This document shows positions 63,627 through 64,000 of a DNA stretch of 64,000 nucleotides, in pieces; the first letter of the stretch is position 1; each line of letters opens with the position of its first letter. The notes beneath the pieces are model-generated. The model was not told where the DNA came from and made no database searches. It saw only the letters and a list, made by a program, of their open reading frames with translations. Made by a program: the position numbers and the translations under genes. Source of the DNA: Balanoglossus misakiensis (taxonomy: Eukaryota > Animalia > Hemichordata); NCBI GenBank assembly GCA_040954595.2, contig CM082591.2, positions 6,807,947 to 6,871,946 on the forward strand. Direction: 5' to 3'.

Positions 63627-64000
63627 TACCGTAGTTTGCCGGGTAAGAGCCCCGGGTGCTGGGCCAACAGATTAGCGAAAAAACAGGGGGGGGCTTTAGC
63701 CCGGATATGGCCTCGAGATTTATGCAAATGAGGGATGGCCACCTCGACTTTTATGCAAATTTTTGAGTGGTTCATTCTCCGAGTCCAAGTCGGGATCTTC
63801 CAATGTTGGGTGTTTCGCGTCGAGGACGGACTGAAGCAGCTCCACGCGGCCGCTTTGGAAAGCTCCCCGGTGACCTCACACGCGGCAGCGCGTCCATCTA
63901 CGTGATCGTTGAATTCGAGGCACGGTCCCGAGGGACCTGTCTGAGGTCATGTTTTCTAGAGCGGCTATATATAACTCAGCGTGGCCAGTCGGCCGCGGTG
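63627..64000. mobile_element. GC/CpG-rich element inserted at a TA inside a Kolobok-like MITE (TA-CCGTA end, Tc1/pogo-like), truncated by the window
   Basis: The host MITE sequence stops abruptly at ...ttcacta|taccgtagtttgccggg with a sharp rise in GC and CpG. Confidence 0.5.

Overview
Intron-rich, AT-rich animal genomic DNA, probably a marine invertebrate deuterostome such as a hemichordate (inferred from gene and repeat content only). I assembled four protein-coding genes by hand with phase-consistent GT-AG introns. (1) A CILP-like gene (+, 6275-14447, 7 exons, about 1107 aa) with an N-terminal signal-anchor and a tandemly duplicated core promoter. (2) A peroxisomal D-amino-acid/D-aspartate oxidase (+, 16603-22927, 10 exons, 338 aa, ending AKL). 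(3) A secreted proteinase K/aqualysin-type S8A subtilase (-, 28337-33457, 9 coding exons, about 448 aa) with an intact triad but a remodelled binding site. (4) The 5' part of a TTC3-like TPR/E3 ligase gene (+, from 52310, running off the window), with an apparent 1-nt frameshift in its TPR region. The rest is dense with short non-autonomous DNA transposons (Academ-, Kolobok-, piggyBac-, hAT-, Tc1- and MULE-like), micro- and minisatellites, orphan exon-like cassettes (26.9-27.8 kb, 39.0-40.6 kb) and a perfect 37-bp hairpin. Most ORFs in the supplied track are spurious. No rRNA, tRNA or CRISPR array was found. I did not find a clearly new biological system; the findings are leads.
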